Below, piece by piece: positions 48,089-60,289 of a stretch of 64,000 bases of DNA. The stretch covers positions 10,540,001 through 10,604,000 of the forward strand of contig CM120643.1 of NCBI GenBank assembly GCA_051362555.1, read 5' to 3'. Numbering within the stretch: position 1 is the first letter of the stretch; each line of letters opens with the position of its first letter. The notes under the pieces are model-generated. The model was not told the origin of the DNA. It saw only the letters and a list, made by a program, of their open reading frames with translations, and searched no databases. Both the position numbers and the translations under genes were made by a program. This DNA is from Lingula anatina (Eukaryota; Animalia; Brachiopoda).

Positions 48089-48444
48089 GGGACTCGATCC
48101 TGTAACCTTCTGGTTCGCAGTCTGCAACGTTACCAGTTGCTCTATTCACCCAACCACCCACCCTAAACTTTGCATCTTCCCTTTATAGTTATGGGGCTAA
48201 AACTGTTTTTTTTTTTCCACAAAAATGTGTCGTGTTTAGGAATCGATCCTGTAACCTTCTGGTTTGCAGTCAGCAACGTTACCAGTTGCTCTATTCACCC
48301 AACCACCCACCCTAAACTTCGTTTCTCACCTTTATAGTTATGGTACGAATACTCGTTTTTTTATCAAAAATTTACCATATTTGGGAATCAATCCTGTAAC
48401 TTCAGGTTCTCAGTCTGATATGTCAGCGCTTCCTCTATTCACCC
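48089..48444 (-). repeat. Three tandem ~147-bp units, each with a tRNA-derived head
   Basis: Minus strand: GGGTGAATAGAGCAACTGGTAACGTTGCAGACTGCGAACCAGAAGGTTACAGGATCGAGTCCC, with A-box-like and B-box-like motifs at tRNA spacing. Units at 48089-48151, 48239-48300 and 48383-48444. Confidence 0.55.
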
Positions 48445-50455
48445 GGTAGCCCACCCAAATTTTCACCCCGCGTTTTTAGTTCTTATCGGCGACTTGACTT
48501 TTTTGGACAAATTATATCAAAATTTCTTTACACAAGATTTTTTGTTCTGTTCCATTCTAGTGTGATCTGAACGTAGAAGGTACGGATAAAATTAACGTTT
48601 GGGCAAAATTTATTAAAAAAATAATGAGTCGGGATTAAAAGATTAAAAAACTCAAATGAACATTGGACTGAACTGAAATTAACAATGCAACGTAGTTAAG
48701 CAGTTTCAAGAAATACTTATTTTAAAGGTAATATCAGTCAACAGTATAGCTAGGATTTTTTTCTATTTTAGAAAGCGTTTATGAGGTTACCACTATTAAA
48801 ATCAAAAGACTCGGTAAATTTTATGTAACTGCTGAATGATAGATGAAACGCAATTGCTTGTTCAAAATTTGGAGGCATTTTTGGGTAAAATAAATAAAGC
48901 AATTTTACAATACGACGACAAGTCGACCACGTGTATACAGATGATGAAAGAATTCAATATTTTAAACAAATTTATTCACATTACAATTATATAAACCAAT
49001 ACAGATAACAGTAATGTTTTTCTCAAGAAGAATGTATTTACTGCTATGTACTATATGGTATGAATCTAGTCACACGAAGGCATGTGAAGTAATTGATTCT
49101 TAGGACAAAAAATGAGATTGCATGGATGGTGTAACGACTCGGTTGAACGACAATAATAGCACAGTTTCACTTACATGTAAGTCAGTCACAATTCTTTTTA
49201 TCACTAGTTTCTTGGTGTCGCATATCCCGACTATCATAAATACGCCTGTCTTCCATTTACTGTACAACATCAACATTACGCTACTACCGCGTTCGTTGTA
49301 AGCCCCTCCACTTCAATTCCAACCTTCAACAATTCCACAAAGTGTCATTATCCATACAAAAAGCAAAAGACAAAGATGAACTGTTCCCAACCTGGTGGAA
49401 ATGACCATCTTTTTCGTCAGTGGCCACGTGGTTGTTTGCTCCCTATTGCATCAAGATTTATCACCCGTTTTATTCCCCAGATCAAATGGCATCCGCACGA
49501 AATGTCTTGGACGCAAACATCTTCCATACAAGTAAAACAAATGTCTTATATCCTCAGTATCGCTGCCGTCTTCACCGTCCCATGCTGCCAAAGGAATATC
49601 TGTCTGTACTTTTCAACTTACAGTATGGATGGTAATTATTCTAACATCTCTGATAACTTGTCATCCAACCTTGGCGTCACATAACATTCCATTCAGGCTT
49701 CCCCCACACAGAGTCAGCAGGTCGGTGATCCGACTAAAAATCTCTCTGTGTCATTGGCCAGTTTACAGCTGTCATTGTTCAGATTTACGTCACATTTGCC
49801 GGACAGCTTGTTTTGGAAACAGCCTCACGCACGCGCACTGAATTTAAAAAGTATATATCCTTAAGCATATCCTTATGAGGCTTCCTTATAATTTCCTATA
49901 AATGTTAACAAAGCGGTCTTCCGCACACATGCAAATACTGCTGCCCCTTTTTCTGGCATACCTTTACCCATGGACAAAATTACCAATTTTGCCCAGGCCT
50001 TACCTAACCACAAACAGGGATATATTTTTTCAGTCTTCTGACTGTTAAGTTTATGTGGTCCCTCCTGAATATTACCATTCTACGTAGTATCTTTATTGGC
50101 TTTAAGTGACACTCCGTTATTTGGTATCCAAGCGAATGCAGAAGTAGGTAAACATACAAGGAAATATCACTTCTTGGTATATGGACCACTGGGAACAATA
50201 GTAATAGTCTCAAAGCGGTCTAATAGCTGTCAAACGTTGGTTTTAGCGAATGTTGAGGGAGGGTGCGGCCATATGAGGCGACTCTGATTAGGGATATGGT
50301 TTTAAAAGGTAAATCATTTCCACATAAAATTTTCAACTAGGCAAAGGTGTTTTATGGCGTTTGTGGCTAGGACTCGGGTAACATAAAGTTACAGGAGCGT
50401 TCATGAAAGTAACGTTATTTTAAAACTATCAAGGAAAAGGATGCTACTTGGACTG

Positions 50456-50528
50456 TGACGTATAATTACCACGAATAGGGAAAGTTGCATATTAAAACCT
50501 TAATGTGCTGTGGGGTTACCTTATAAAA
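50456..50528 (+). promoter_or_regulatory. Proximal promoter of VWA gene 1 (TGACGT motif and TATA box)
   Basis: TATAAAA at 50522-50528, 46 nt before the ATG. TGACGT lies 66 nt upstream of the TATA box, and the arrangement is conserved in the paralogue. Confidence 0.75.
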
Positions 50529-50567
50529 GGACGGTGTAGTCCGCACCAACGCATAAAATCACTCAAG

Positions 50568-53567
50568 ATGAAAACAACAGGCATCAAAGCGTTCATTATT
50601 TGTGTGACACTAGTCTTTATTGTAGAAGGTAATGTATTTTATTTTAATGAAGGAGGTGAGATCTAGTGGTCGTTTCATTGGCATCACCAACCTGCAGAAT
50701 TAACACATATTGATGTATTTGTTCATAACGGCTGCACTGATGTAAGATGTAGGATCTAAACAAAGAATTTGCACTAATACCGTGGTTGACTTCATGAAAA
50801 ACTGTGGAGAAAACGAGTCGCCTAAAATTTAAGAAAACTCATGAAGGATGCAAAAACGGGGAGATAACTTGGGATTCTTTTTTTTAAGACACCATCGAAT
50901 GGAACCTTTTTCCTTACTTAGAGGCAAATAACACTAGAAGCAGATGCGTTAACATTCTCACCCATGGCAGACTGAAAAGAAGACTGAATTTCTAAGGAGA
51001 AGTTATCAAGCATAAAAGCTACTTGTAATTTAACGTCTTAATGAATTTAAGGAAAAAAATTAGGCCATATAATCATTAAAGGTGGCATTCAGTAAAATTA
51101 TAATTGCTAAACCATTCCAGGGCGCGATGACCAGGACACCGTAGCCAAAAAGATACTTGATAAAATATCCAGTTTCCTGACTCCAAAGAAAGTAGTGGTG
51201 CCCCGCGGACCAGCAGGTCCCGGTGGCCCCTCTGTAAGAGGACCGGCAGGGCCAAGGGGAACATCAAGGGGGGCAACAACTACCTACGTGACCCCCAATC
51301 TGGATTTCCTTTATGTTCTGGACAGCAGCGGTAGTATTGGGTCTGAGCATTTTGACAAGGCGAAGAAAGGGGTACAGGTAAGCTATAGTTCGGTATATAA
51401 ATAAATAAACGTATTAATTAATTAATTGATAAACTGTTAAATAATTTAAAAAAAATTAAACACTTCAATTTTATTTATGCGAGAACATCATTGAAAATCA
51501 ATACTAGGTTAACGTGGAATTAGAATTTTTCCACCAAAAGATACTATGAATGAATAAGATGTATGAAATTTGCACATCGAACATCACAACGAAAACTACG
51601 GAATTACATTTGTCAGTGTCCACATTTTGAAGGGAATTTCAGTAAAATTAATATTAAATGTCGGTTTCCCTTTAAGAATAACAGCGATCCGACTTGTGAT
51701 CGAGAATTTTTTGTGCTATTTATAGAACTTCGGTGAAATTCGGGGTAACTTCGGTAAACCTATACATTCGCCCTTTCGAACCAAGGTGTCTGTATCTGAT
51801 ATATGCATCACCTACATGTACACTGCGACTGTACATTTAGAAAGTAAACCAAACATTAAAAAATTATCAGCCCTTATTGTCTTTTAAACTTTTTTTTCAA
51901 AACACAGGCACAAGTGGATGTGATTGATCTAAAATCGAAAATTTCTCCATCGGGAACCCACGTTGGACTGATAGAATTTTCATCTCCGGCCAAAACTCAT
52001 GTGGAGTTCACTCTACGCCAATATACTAGTGCAGCGGCCATCAAAGCAGCAGTCGGGAAAATTAACTACGACGATGGTAAGGCACTAAATTTCCGCTTTA
52101 AATACGGTATCTTTAAAACAAAACGCTGAGGGCGAATTTTCTCAAATAAACAGTCCCTAAAAAAGATGAATTGTTAAAATGAAATTTCAAACTAAAATAC
52201 CAATGTCAACATTTCTGCGGTTTACATTCTAATATGATGTAAAATGTGCAACAAGGTTCAAATAATACTCAAAATAAGATGATGAAAATTTGAATGGTAA
52301 TTTGTGGAAAAACAGTTGCAAAGTGATCATTGTCTTAAATTAGATGTACATTTTTTTCCAAATCTAATTTGTATCCGTTTTATATTAGGCCGTTCAACAG
52401 CCACGGCTGATGCACTGAGATTGGCCAAGAAACATTTTGATCAATATGGAGTGAGGGAAAATGTGAAAGTAGCGTGGGTCATTACTGACGGTCAGTCAAA
52501 CAGAGGCGGGAATCCAAAAATCCCAGCAGACGAGCTGAAGAAGAATGGTAAGTGGTTAATACACTATCAACGCGCAGAATGACATTCACAAAAGAATAGT
52601 AGTAGCTTGAGAAGTAATTATTAACTGGGACAGGTGTGTCGTTTTCAAGTAACACAATTTTACTCATCTCGCGAGACTTAATAATTTTCTAGAGAAGTGA
52701 TCCTCGTTTTCTTTATATTGAGAACCTTTAATTAGGACAACATCTTGACACTGATGCACATATCTTTGACTTGACATTTGTTGGAAACCTAAAACGTCTA
52801 TTACTGTTTTTACACCTTTCTTCAACGCTTCAAATATGATTCTCTAAAACATTTTACTGTGACCGCATTCAGATTCACACATCGTACTACCTGGGTTGGT
52901 CCAACTTTGCGGGGGATTCTCGCTATTAAAGTGCAGTTAGTGGAATCAGCTTAATTGTCTGACGCGCCTCCTCCAGTAGTTAGGGGGTACATGTACTCAG
53001 CTATCGTGTGCTGATTAAGCTGGTTCCATTGATTGTAATTTAGCAGGAATTCCCTGCTAAGTTCTAGCTGGTACTGGCACGATGTGTGAATCTGAACGCG
53101 CCCTACATCGAAAAAAAATAATAAAATAGAAAAATTAAAGTCTAAAATGGGAATAATTTCTCTTTAACAAAAGAGGCACAATGCGTTCCTAAACCGGCTT
53201 AAGTGCAAACTCGCCTTTGAATTTTAATAATAACACTTAATATTGGAGATTGAAATAAATATCTTTCTACTTTATTTCAGGAGTAGAAATTTGCGTTGTT
53301 GGCATAGGGAACAATATAAACTGGAAGGAAATAAAAGACATTGCAATGTCCGACTGTCACTTCGACGTTGAGTCGTACGAAGCTTTGCTGGGCATCAACG
53401 AGAAAACGCTGGCAATGGCGAGAGCGGCTGCGGCAGCAAAGGCAAGAGCGATGGCAAGAGCGGCTGCAGCAGCTAAAGCTAGAGCGTTAGCGAGAGGAAG
53501 AGCGTTGGCCAAGGCCAGAGCCGCGATGGCGCAAGCTAGAGCAAGGGCGATGGCAGGACGGCACTAG
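50568..53567 (+). CDS. Secreted single-VWA-domain protein with a short collagen-like segment and an Ala/Arg-rich tail (about 310 aa), paralogue 1
   Basis: Exons 50568-50628, 51121-51377, 51908-52076, 52389-52547 and 53281-53567 (933 nt, canonical splices). Signal peptide MKTTGIKAFIICVTLVFIVEG, then GPAGPGGP..GPAGPRG. VWA with MIDAS residues (DFLYVLDSSGSI, STAT, VITDGQSN) and GVEICVVGIG. Tail AMARAAAAAKARAMARAAAAAKARA... Confidence 0.92.
52860..53103. mobile_element. MITE in intron 4 of VWA gene 1
   Basis: Inverted ends GCATTCAGATTCACACATCGT / ACGATGTGTGAATCTGAACGC. Confidence 0.7.
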
Positions 53568-53771
53568 CGTAACTCTACGTGGTGATAAATCAAACTGAAG
53601 ATAAATCTTGCAAATTAAATTCCACAAAATGAACTCAGTCTTTTCGTTTTCATAATGATAAAATTTTTATCCAGTTGGACTAAATTCAATCAAAGGTTAT
53701 GTGACAAGATCAATGGTTTAGTTTTGTTTTGTCTTGTCCGATTTCAATGCACAATCGTAGACTGACGTTTA

Positions 53772-53777
53772 AATAAA
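53772..53777 (+). promoter_or_regulatory. Candidate polyadenylation signal of VWA gene 1
   Basis: AATAAA about 205 nt after the stop codon. Confidence 0.45.
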
Positions 53778-53886
53778 TAAAATTAAAACATTTAGTTTGA
53801 AGAATATAAGAGAAACTCTTCACGTCAATAATAAAGCCAGTTTTTAAACTTTATTAAAAAGCATTTGTATGTTTTTACTTGTCAAA

Positions 53887-54112
53887 GGGTGCTTTCCCAG
53901 AGATTTAGATCGATCTAAAGATTAAGTTTTAGATCGACCTAACTCCCTGGGGGTTCAGGCTAAATTGCAGTCAGCCGAGCGGACACCATAGTTAATTACC
54001 CCCTTCCAGCTTTTAGTAGGCGGGACAGACGCTTAAGCCGGCCAAGCTGACATTAATCTAGTGAGACTCCCCACAGGGATAGATCGATCTAAAAATCTAT
54101 GGAAATGGGGTG
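53887..54112 (-). mobile_element. Harbinger-type MITE family A
   Basis: Reverse-complement match to family A; AAA on both flanks. Confidence 0.8.
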
Positions 54113-54352
54113 AAAGAGGCTCAGTGATGTCTTCTGTCCAGTGATTGAGGCAACGCTGAAGATTTGTTTCCATTTTTTTTTCAATCGTGCAAGGTGGAAC
54201 ATATTCATTACTGCGGTAAATCGATTGAGACAATATTTCATTGGTATGATGACAAAGAACGACAGTGGTTCAAAATTGCTAAAAATTCGATACTTATGCA
54301 ATATGTCCCCACCCCAACTTATACAAACAAGTCTTCGGGCCATACTGTATTA

Positions 54353-54565
54353 GAGTGCATTCCCAGAGATTTAGATTGATCCATCCGGATCGACCTAACT
54401 CCCTGGGGGTTCACGCTAAATTGCAGTCAGGCAAGCGCGCGACAGTTAATTACCCCCTTACAGCTTTTAGTAGCCGGGACAGACGCTTAAGCCGGCTAAG
54501 CTGACAGTAATCTAGTGAGACTCCCCACAGGGATAGATCGATCTAAAATCTGTGGGAATGGGGTC
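54353..54565 (-). mobile_element. Harbinger-type MITE family A
   Basis: Reverse-complement match to family A; TTA TSD (54350-54352, 54566-54568). Confidence 0.85.
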
Positions 54566-56339
54566 TTAGTGTTTTTGTGCTTCTATCGTGATCGTAGCTG
54601 AGCATTTTATTGGGGGGGGGGGTCTCAATGTTAAAATCTGAAATTTTCAATGAGATTTATTCCAAAAGCTGTGCATAACACGTGGTCGTAACAACACTGC
54701 AATTCAACAGCTTAAAGAAATCGTTTACTTATAGGGCTGAGATTGACATTTCTAAACATAATTGCACTCACCGCATTCCCGAGTCCATCAGCACTTGCGG
54801 GGCGATAGGAAAAATGAGCACCTGCGTAGTAGCCCGAATCCACGTGACCAATGGTCAAGCTCATCAAGACCAGACATGTCCATGTAATACTGTTCCAAGA
54901 TGACAGCAAAATGACGCCCCTTTTCTTTTTCTCCGTTAAGATTATCACTCCAAAGACTCGGCGGCCACTTGGAAAACTTTTTCTCGAAATTTTTCTCAAA
55001 ATTCCCAAATTAAATCCTGATCTTGCAAGGGCAAAAAAGATAAAATCTCAATTAAAATCTCTAAAGTTTTCTTGCTCAGGTGTATTACCGTTTCAGGTTA
55101 GTCGTAAGCTTTGCACTAGTCTTATGTCCATCTATGTATGAGTATAGAGGTAAGTTTGATCTTCGTAGTGGATGCGATGATATAGGGAGTCAATCCGCGG
55201 TTATTATATCTCCTCACCACAGGGAGCTAGATCCTTCCACCAATCCGAGCGTCTATTCGCAAGAGCAAGGTCGGTCGCTTCACCGGTCGGTCTCTCTTTT
55301 ACAAATCAACTGCATCGATTGATTCTAAAATTCAACCAGTCGTGGGAGGAATTTTCTTCAACAATGACCTACAATGTCGTTTGAACGTTGACATGAAGTC
55401 GCTGATTGTTGTCCCTTCTGAAAAAAAAAATGCCCTGACCCCGGAGTGTCTATTTGGAGAGTTTTCAGCCCACGAGACAGAGCCGAGCATCAGAGGCGCT
55501 TTATAAGCAGCATGTGCACACCTTGACTTTTAATGATCCAGAGAGAATGCATACTTAATGCCACCGTCCTTATATCGAGGTAGATCGTGTGACATCTTAA
55601 GGATGAATAACAAAATTTTATGTAACCAATCACCCCTTTAACTCCTCCGTTCTTGCAATAGACGTATACCGCACCTGCAGAACGCTGACAGTGCCGGTTC
55701 ACGACATTGGATTTTCTGAAAAAAAGAAAAAGAAAAACGATGTAGATGTAACGCGAGACAAAATTAGGGCGTTCATAGATATTGGCGGTTGATTTGAGGG
55801 CGTCTCTGTAATTAACAACTAGTTTTTTTTTCTACGCCTGAAATACCAAGAGTCACCTTTAATTGGTACTCTTTTTTAACCGCGTTACAAATACAGTTTG
55901 TGAATGAAAAAAAATCGGACAGTGGAGATTACAACAGAATGTGTGTGGGCATTTAGACAAAATTACGACACAGGAAGAGGTTGTTGCCTTGTAAGCTCTG
56001 TCGGGCGCAGAAATTTGATACCGGAGCAAAAATCAATTCCCAAAAAACATTTTCCCTTTTTTTATTCTCAGTCTAATTGCCCATGAAATTTTATGACCCG
56101 AAATTCGATGAGACGCGTGGTTTTTAACTTAACAAACACCTTACCTGTAGGGGAGAAAAAAATAGCCGAGCCTGTGGCGTCGCTGTCAGTGCCGCAAGTG
56201 CAATTTTTCATCGCCATTTGTGGTCTTTTTCAAATACACTCTCAAACAGAGTGCTGAAGTCTAGTTTCTAGTTTCCAGTTTCGTTTTCCACTTAAGCCCC
56301 ATTCCCTGCTTCCGCTGCGCAGGCTGCCTGCGACTGGTA

Positions 56340-58209
56340 GAAATTATATATTTACTTTAAACGATTTGTGGAGAAAATCAACAGTCCTTCAATATTAGAA
56401 TTCCTTTTAACAGCATTTCAGATGCCAATTTTTATCTTGTTCAGTAAATTCTCAGGTTTCACTTTGTATATAGCAAGTTTGTATGTAAACAGAAATAAAA
56501 TGTAATATTAGAACGGATCAAATATGTGCCTTGGACTTTTAATTGGGACCTATTTGGAAAATCTCTGAAACGTGATCTTTACAATTTCACAAAGGAGACC
56601 CGAAACCTTAAAATTTGCTAACACGGCTTACGAACAAAGACAAATGACATAAAACGGGACGGCCAATTTTTCACATTTCTGGAACTTCTTATCTTTGAAT
56701 GCTCTACAAGATCACCCATCAGGATCGGTTTCGTGATGTGGATTTGTAAAAGTAGGCATTTATGCATGAACTTGATATGAAAATCGATCGCCTATTTTTT
56801 TACTAGTGTCCCAATGTAAAAATTGGGCAAATCTGATTGGCTGATCTCCATTGTTCGTGTTCAAAACACGTGATATTAGATAGCCATCTGTCGTCTGCCT
56901 TTTTTCCCCGTTTTGTGATGCCGAAGCAAATTTCAAAAATTAAACAAAACGTTATGGCATGTAACTTTGTCGTTTATTTGATTCGGCAAAATAAGCTTGA
57001 CGGCTAGCTTTTGTTCATTGTATCTTGATCAGTGAGCCATCAAAATTTTAGCATTGGTTTTTTTGTGAAATAAAGTTGTATTGCGAAGCCTTCAATTTAG
57101 TTTTCAGACATTTATTTTTTTTATTACATGAAGTTGAAGTTCTGAATTTTTTTAATGAAATGATGTCTATCTGTATATTTTGTGTGTGGGTGTGTGTTTT
57201 AACTCCTTGCTATAACATATTGCACGAGTGTTCAACCATGCGCAATCTAGATACCAAGTGTGTAATTGTCACATCGATGTGGAATTTTTCTCTTTCTTTG
57301 GCAGGTGGACGCGTTCACATAGGTCAGGGCCTATTCTGGCCTATAGCATGGTTTATTTATAAGGAGGAATGCAGGTTGGATTCTCAAGGCTTTCACACCA
57401 GCTAGTGTGAGACGTCTATCAATGTAAATCGTTGATAATTTTTACGAAATTACAATATATTGTTTAGTTTTAAGATGGAGAATTGAGGGAGGGTTGCTCT
57501 GATGAATGAACAAACTAAATAAAATACGTAATTATTTTTAAATTCTGCAGTTTATCATTACTAAAAAATGTGAACATAAATGTGTGTTTAAATGAAAATA
57601 TGTAGCTAAAGTCAAGCAAAAAGAGCATTGATACATTTTTCTTGATAGAGATTCACGTTCTTGTGATTACCTTCATGTATTCGAACTTACATTCAATAAA
57701 TTATATGTTAATACGAAAATAATCAAATAGAAAACCACATACCTTCCAAGCTCTGTACATGCAACATACCAGACCAGCAATGTCTTCAGTTTTTGCCTGA
57801 GGCACGAACGCTAAAAGCAATATTATACCCAACATCATATTGTTAATAAAAGTGCATTTCGGTACAAACGTGTTTTGATAATCGCTACCTGAACCGCTGT
57901 GGTGATGTAACGCTTACACGGATCTTGCTTAAACGCATTTCTCTTTTTATGATACTCTTTTTGATACGCTTTCTAAAGCACTTAGTGGTATATATTAAAG
58001 CATCTGCTTGACAAAAATGTCCTTACTAGAATCAGCATCATGCGCTTTTGTCATACATATTGTTGAAAGAAAAATGCACTTAAAACCGTCCATACTACAC
58101 CGTGTATTAAATAAGGTGTTTACTTTTTATGAATACTGTTAAAAGGAATTCTAATATTGAAGGACTGTTTATTTTCTCCATAAATCGTTTAAAGTAAATA
58201 TATAATTTC
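56340..58209. mobile_element. Unclassified inverted-repeat element (~75-bp TIRs)
   Basis: GAAATTATATATTTACTTTAAACGATTT..CTTCAATATTAGAATTCCTTTTAACAG is mirrored at about 58133-58209. No TSD or coding capacity was recognised. Confidence 0.65.
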
Positions 58210-59685
58210 AGAAAATTTAGCTTACTTCTTTAAACTATAAATTAAAAATACAATTCCACTGCTTCTGGTCACAAAATCTTATAGAGAGAAGTGAGGGCAA
58301 TTCATGAGCATAACACATCTTTTTAACCTTTAAAATGGAGAAGCTAAAGACAGCAAGACTCAAACCCTCCTTCGAACCGAGTTACAGATTTTTGTGGAAA
58401 TGGCAGATGAGCATATTGATAATTAAAGGCCAATAATCTATGAAACTTGGGATGTATACCTCCCAACTTCCATCCTGAAATATTGCTAACAAAATGTTTC
58501 ATTTTGGCCTTTACTTTCTTACTTCATTTCTGGATGGAGGTATCAATAAGGTGGAATCTTTAATGTGCTTAGAACTTAGGTATAAGGCAAAATTTACAAA
58601 ATTTGGTGGATGGTGGAAGAATATATCGAATGAAAGTGACTAATTTTGATACAATAGAAAATCTCCTGCAATGTAAAGCATTGCCTTAACATCTTGCAAA
58701 ACTAGAAATAAAGTCGAGATACAATAGAATGTCTTCCAGCGCAAAGTCTTATTCTAAGAATGCTCGGAAAACTAAAAATAACTATTGCAAATAAATAAGA
58801 AAAACTTCCCATCCACAGAGAAAAGTCTTAGAATAATATGTCTACAAATTAGTAGTAACTTTTTAGATACAAAAGAAAGTGTCCCTTAGCTCTCGATCAG
58901 GTTCTTACATTTCTTGTCGGCAAACTAAATATGACTATGTTGAATACACCATACAGCGTCCAACGCCGCAATATCATGCTCCAGAATACACGTTCTCTAC
59001 ACGTATATTTACAAAATTGTGCTGACGTATTTTTTTCAAATGTCAGAAATCAACTTCATGATAGGCTTTTTGAGTGGGTAGTTAGTAATGACAAAGGTAC
59101 TACTTCAGGTGGTCTTTTGCTGGACTAAAGGCTGTAACGACGTCGTGAGAAACGTGTCGGAAATCGTGTATGTTTTTGTTTAATGATCATCTTTACCTGC
59201 GTGACCAAACCCAAAGTAATTTACGGTGATTTCAACATTTTCTTATGATTATATTCTCAGCACAGCAAGGGCACAAGCGATTGAAACCTGGATTAGAGGC
59301 TGGTGGATATTTGTATGGTAGTAAATGGTTCACCCGGTTCATTTTTATCATTATGGAGGGCCATAGTTTTATACCTCAAACACACCTCATTTAAAGTACG
59401 CGTTTGGCTTGATATTTTATAGTCAAGTAAACGTACTGCTTTTTTTTTCAAAAGTGAGTTTGATGCCGTTTGGATGTGAAAAGACATATGTCTTAATTGA
59501 ACCCTATACGTTGCCTCACGATGCGTCCCCTCTCTCCTCTGTCTCCTTCAAATGCAAACTGACATAACAGCGTATTATAGAAGACCCGACGTCGTCTTCA
59601 AGGTATTAACCGTATTTACATCAACTCAGATCATTGTGTAAGTACAAGGCAATTTCAAACTTCATTTCAAGTCTACATTCTTCCA

Positions 59686-59823
59686 CCCTCTACCAGGGCA
59701 ACTGATAGATTTTTTATAAATATTAACCAGAACCAAATGAATTAGAACCAAATGACCATCTATCTATCTACAGACATATCTGTGAATATCTGCAAAAAAT
59801 CTATCAGTCGCCCTGGTAGAGGG
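59686..59823. mobile_element. Small MITE
   Basis: TIR CCCTCTACCAGGGC(A/G)ACTGATAGATTTTT mirrored at the right end; a partial second copy lies at 22411-22483. Confidence 0.8.
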
Positions 59824-60179
59824 TAGGTCTCTAGTGCAGCCAGACACAAAATTGAAAAAGAGACAATTCAACAATCTTGAAAGAGACTACTAGAGACCCC
59901 TGTGGTCAGAGAGTAAAGGGTCTGCAGGGAGGCAGAATTGCGGCAGAAGGAGGCAGAAGTATGGCCGGCGCAGCTAAAAGATTGCCGTGGAGGCATTACG
60001 GTCACCATTATCGTTTACGCAGGTATATCTCACTGCCCCAAAACTTACACCAGAAAGTTGATTTTTCCACCTTAAATTTTCAGCAGTTGTTTTATTTTAT
60101 ATCGTTCCAAAAATTGAAAAAGTAACGACAAAAACTGACAAGAGGATACACTGACAAAAACAAAATGCCAATTAGAACG

Positions 60180-60252
60180 TGACGTAAAATCACCGCAAAT
60201 GGGGAAACTAACACACAGCAACTTTAATGTACTGTGCGGTTACCTTATAAAA
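60180..60252 (+). promoter_or_regulatory. Proximal promoter of VWA gene 2
   Basis: TGACGT at 60180-60185 and TATAAAA at 60246-60252, the same 66-nt spacing as in gene 1. Confidence 0.75.
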
Positions 60253-60289
60253 AGACGGTGCTACTCGCCCCGACACGAGAGCACTCAAG

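Noticed and set aside
48089-48444. Functional tRNA genes
   Set aside because: Acceptor and anticodon stems do not pair properly and the anticodons differ between units; kept only as a tRNA-derived repeat.
49190-50290. Moderate-GC stretch with several short ORFs upstream of VWA gene 1
   Set aside because: No recognisable protein motif or consistent exon structure.
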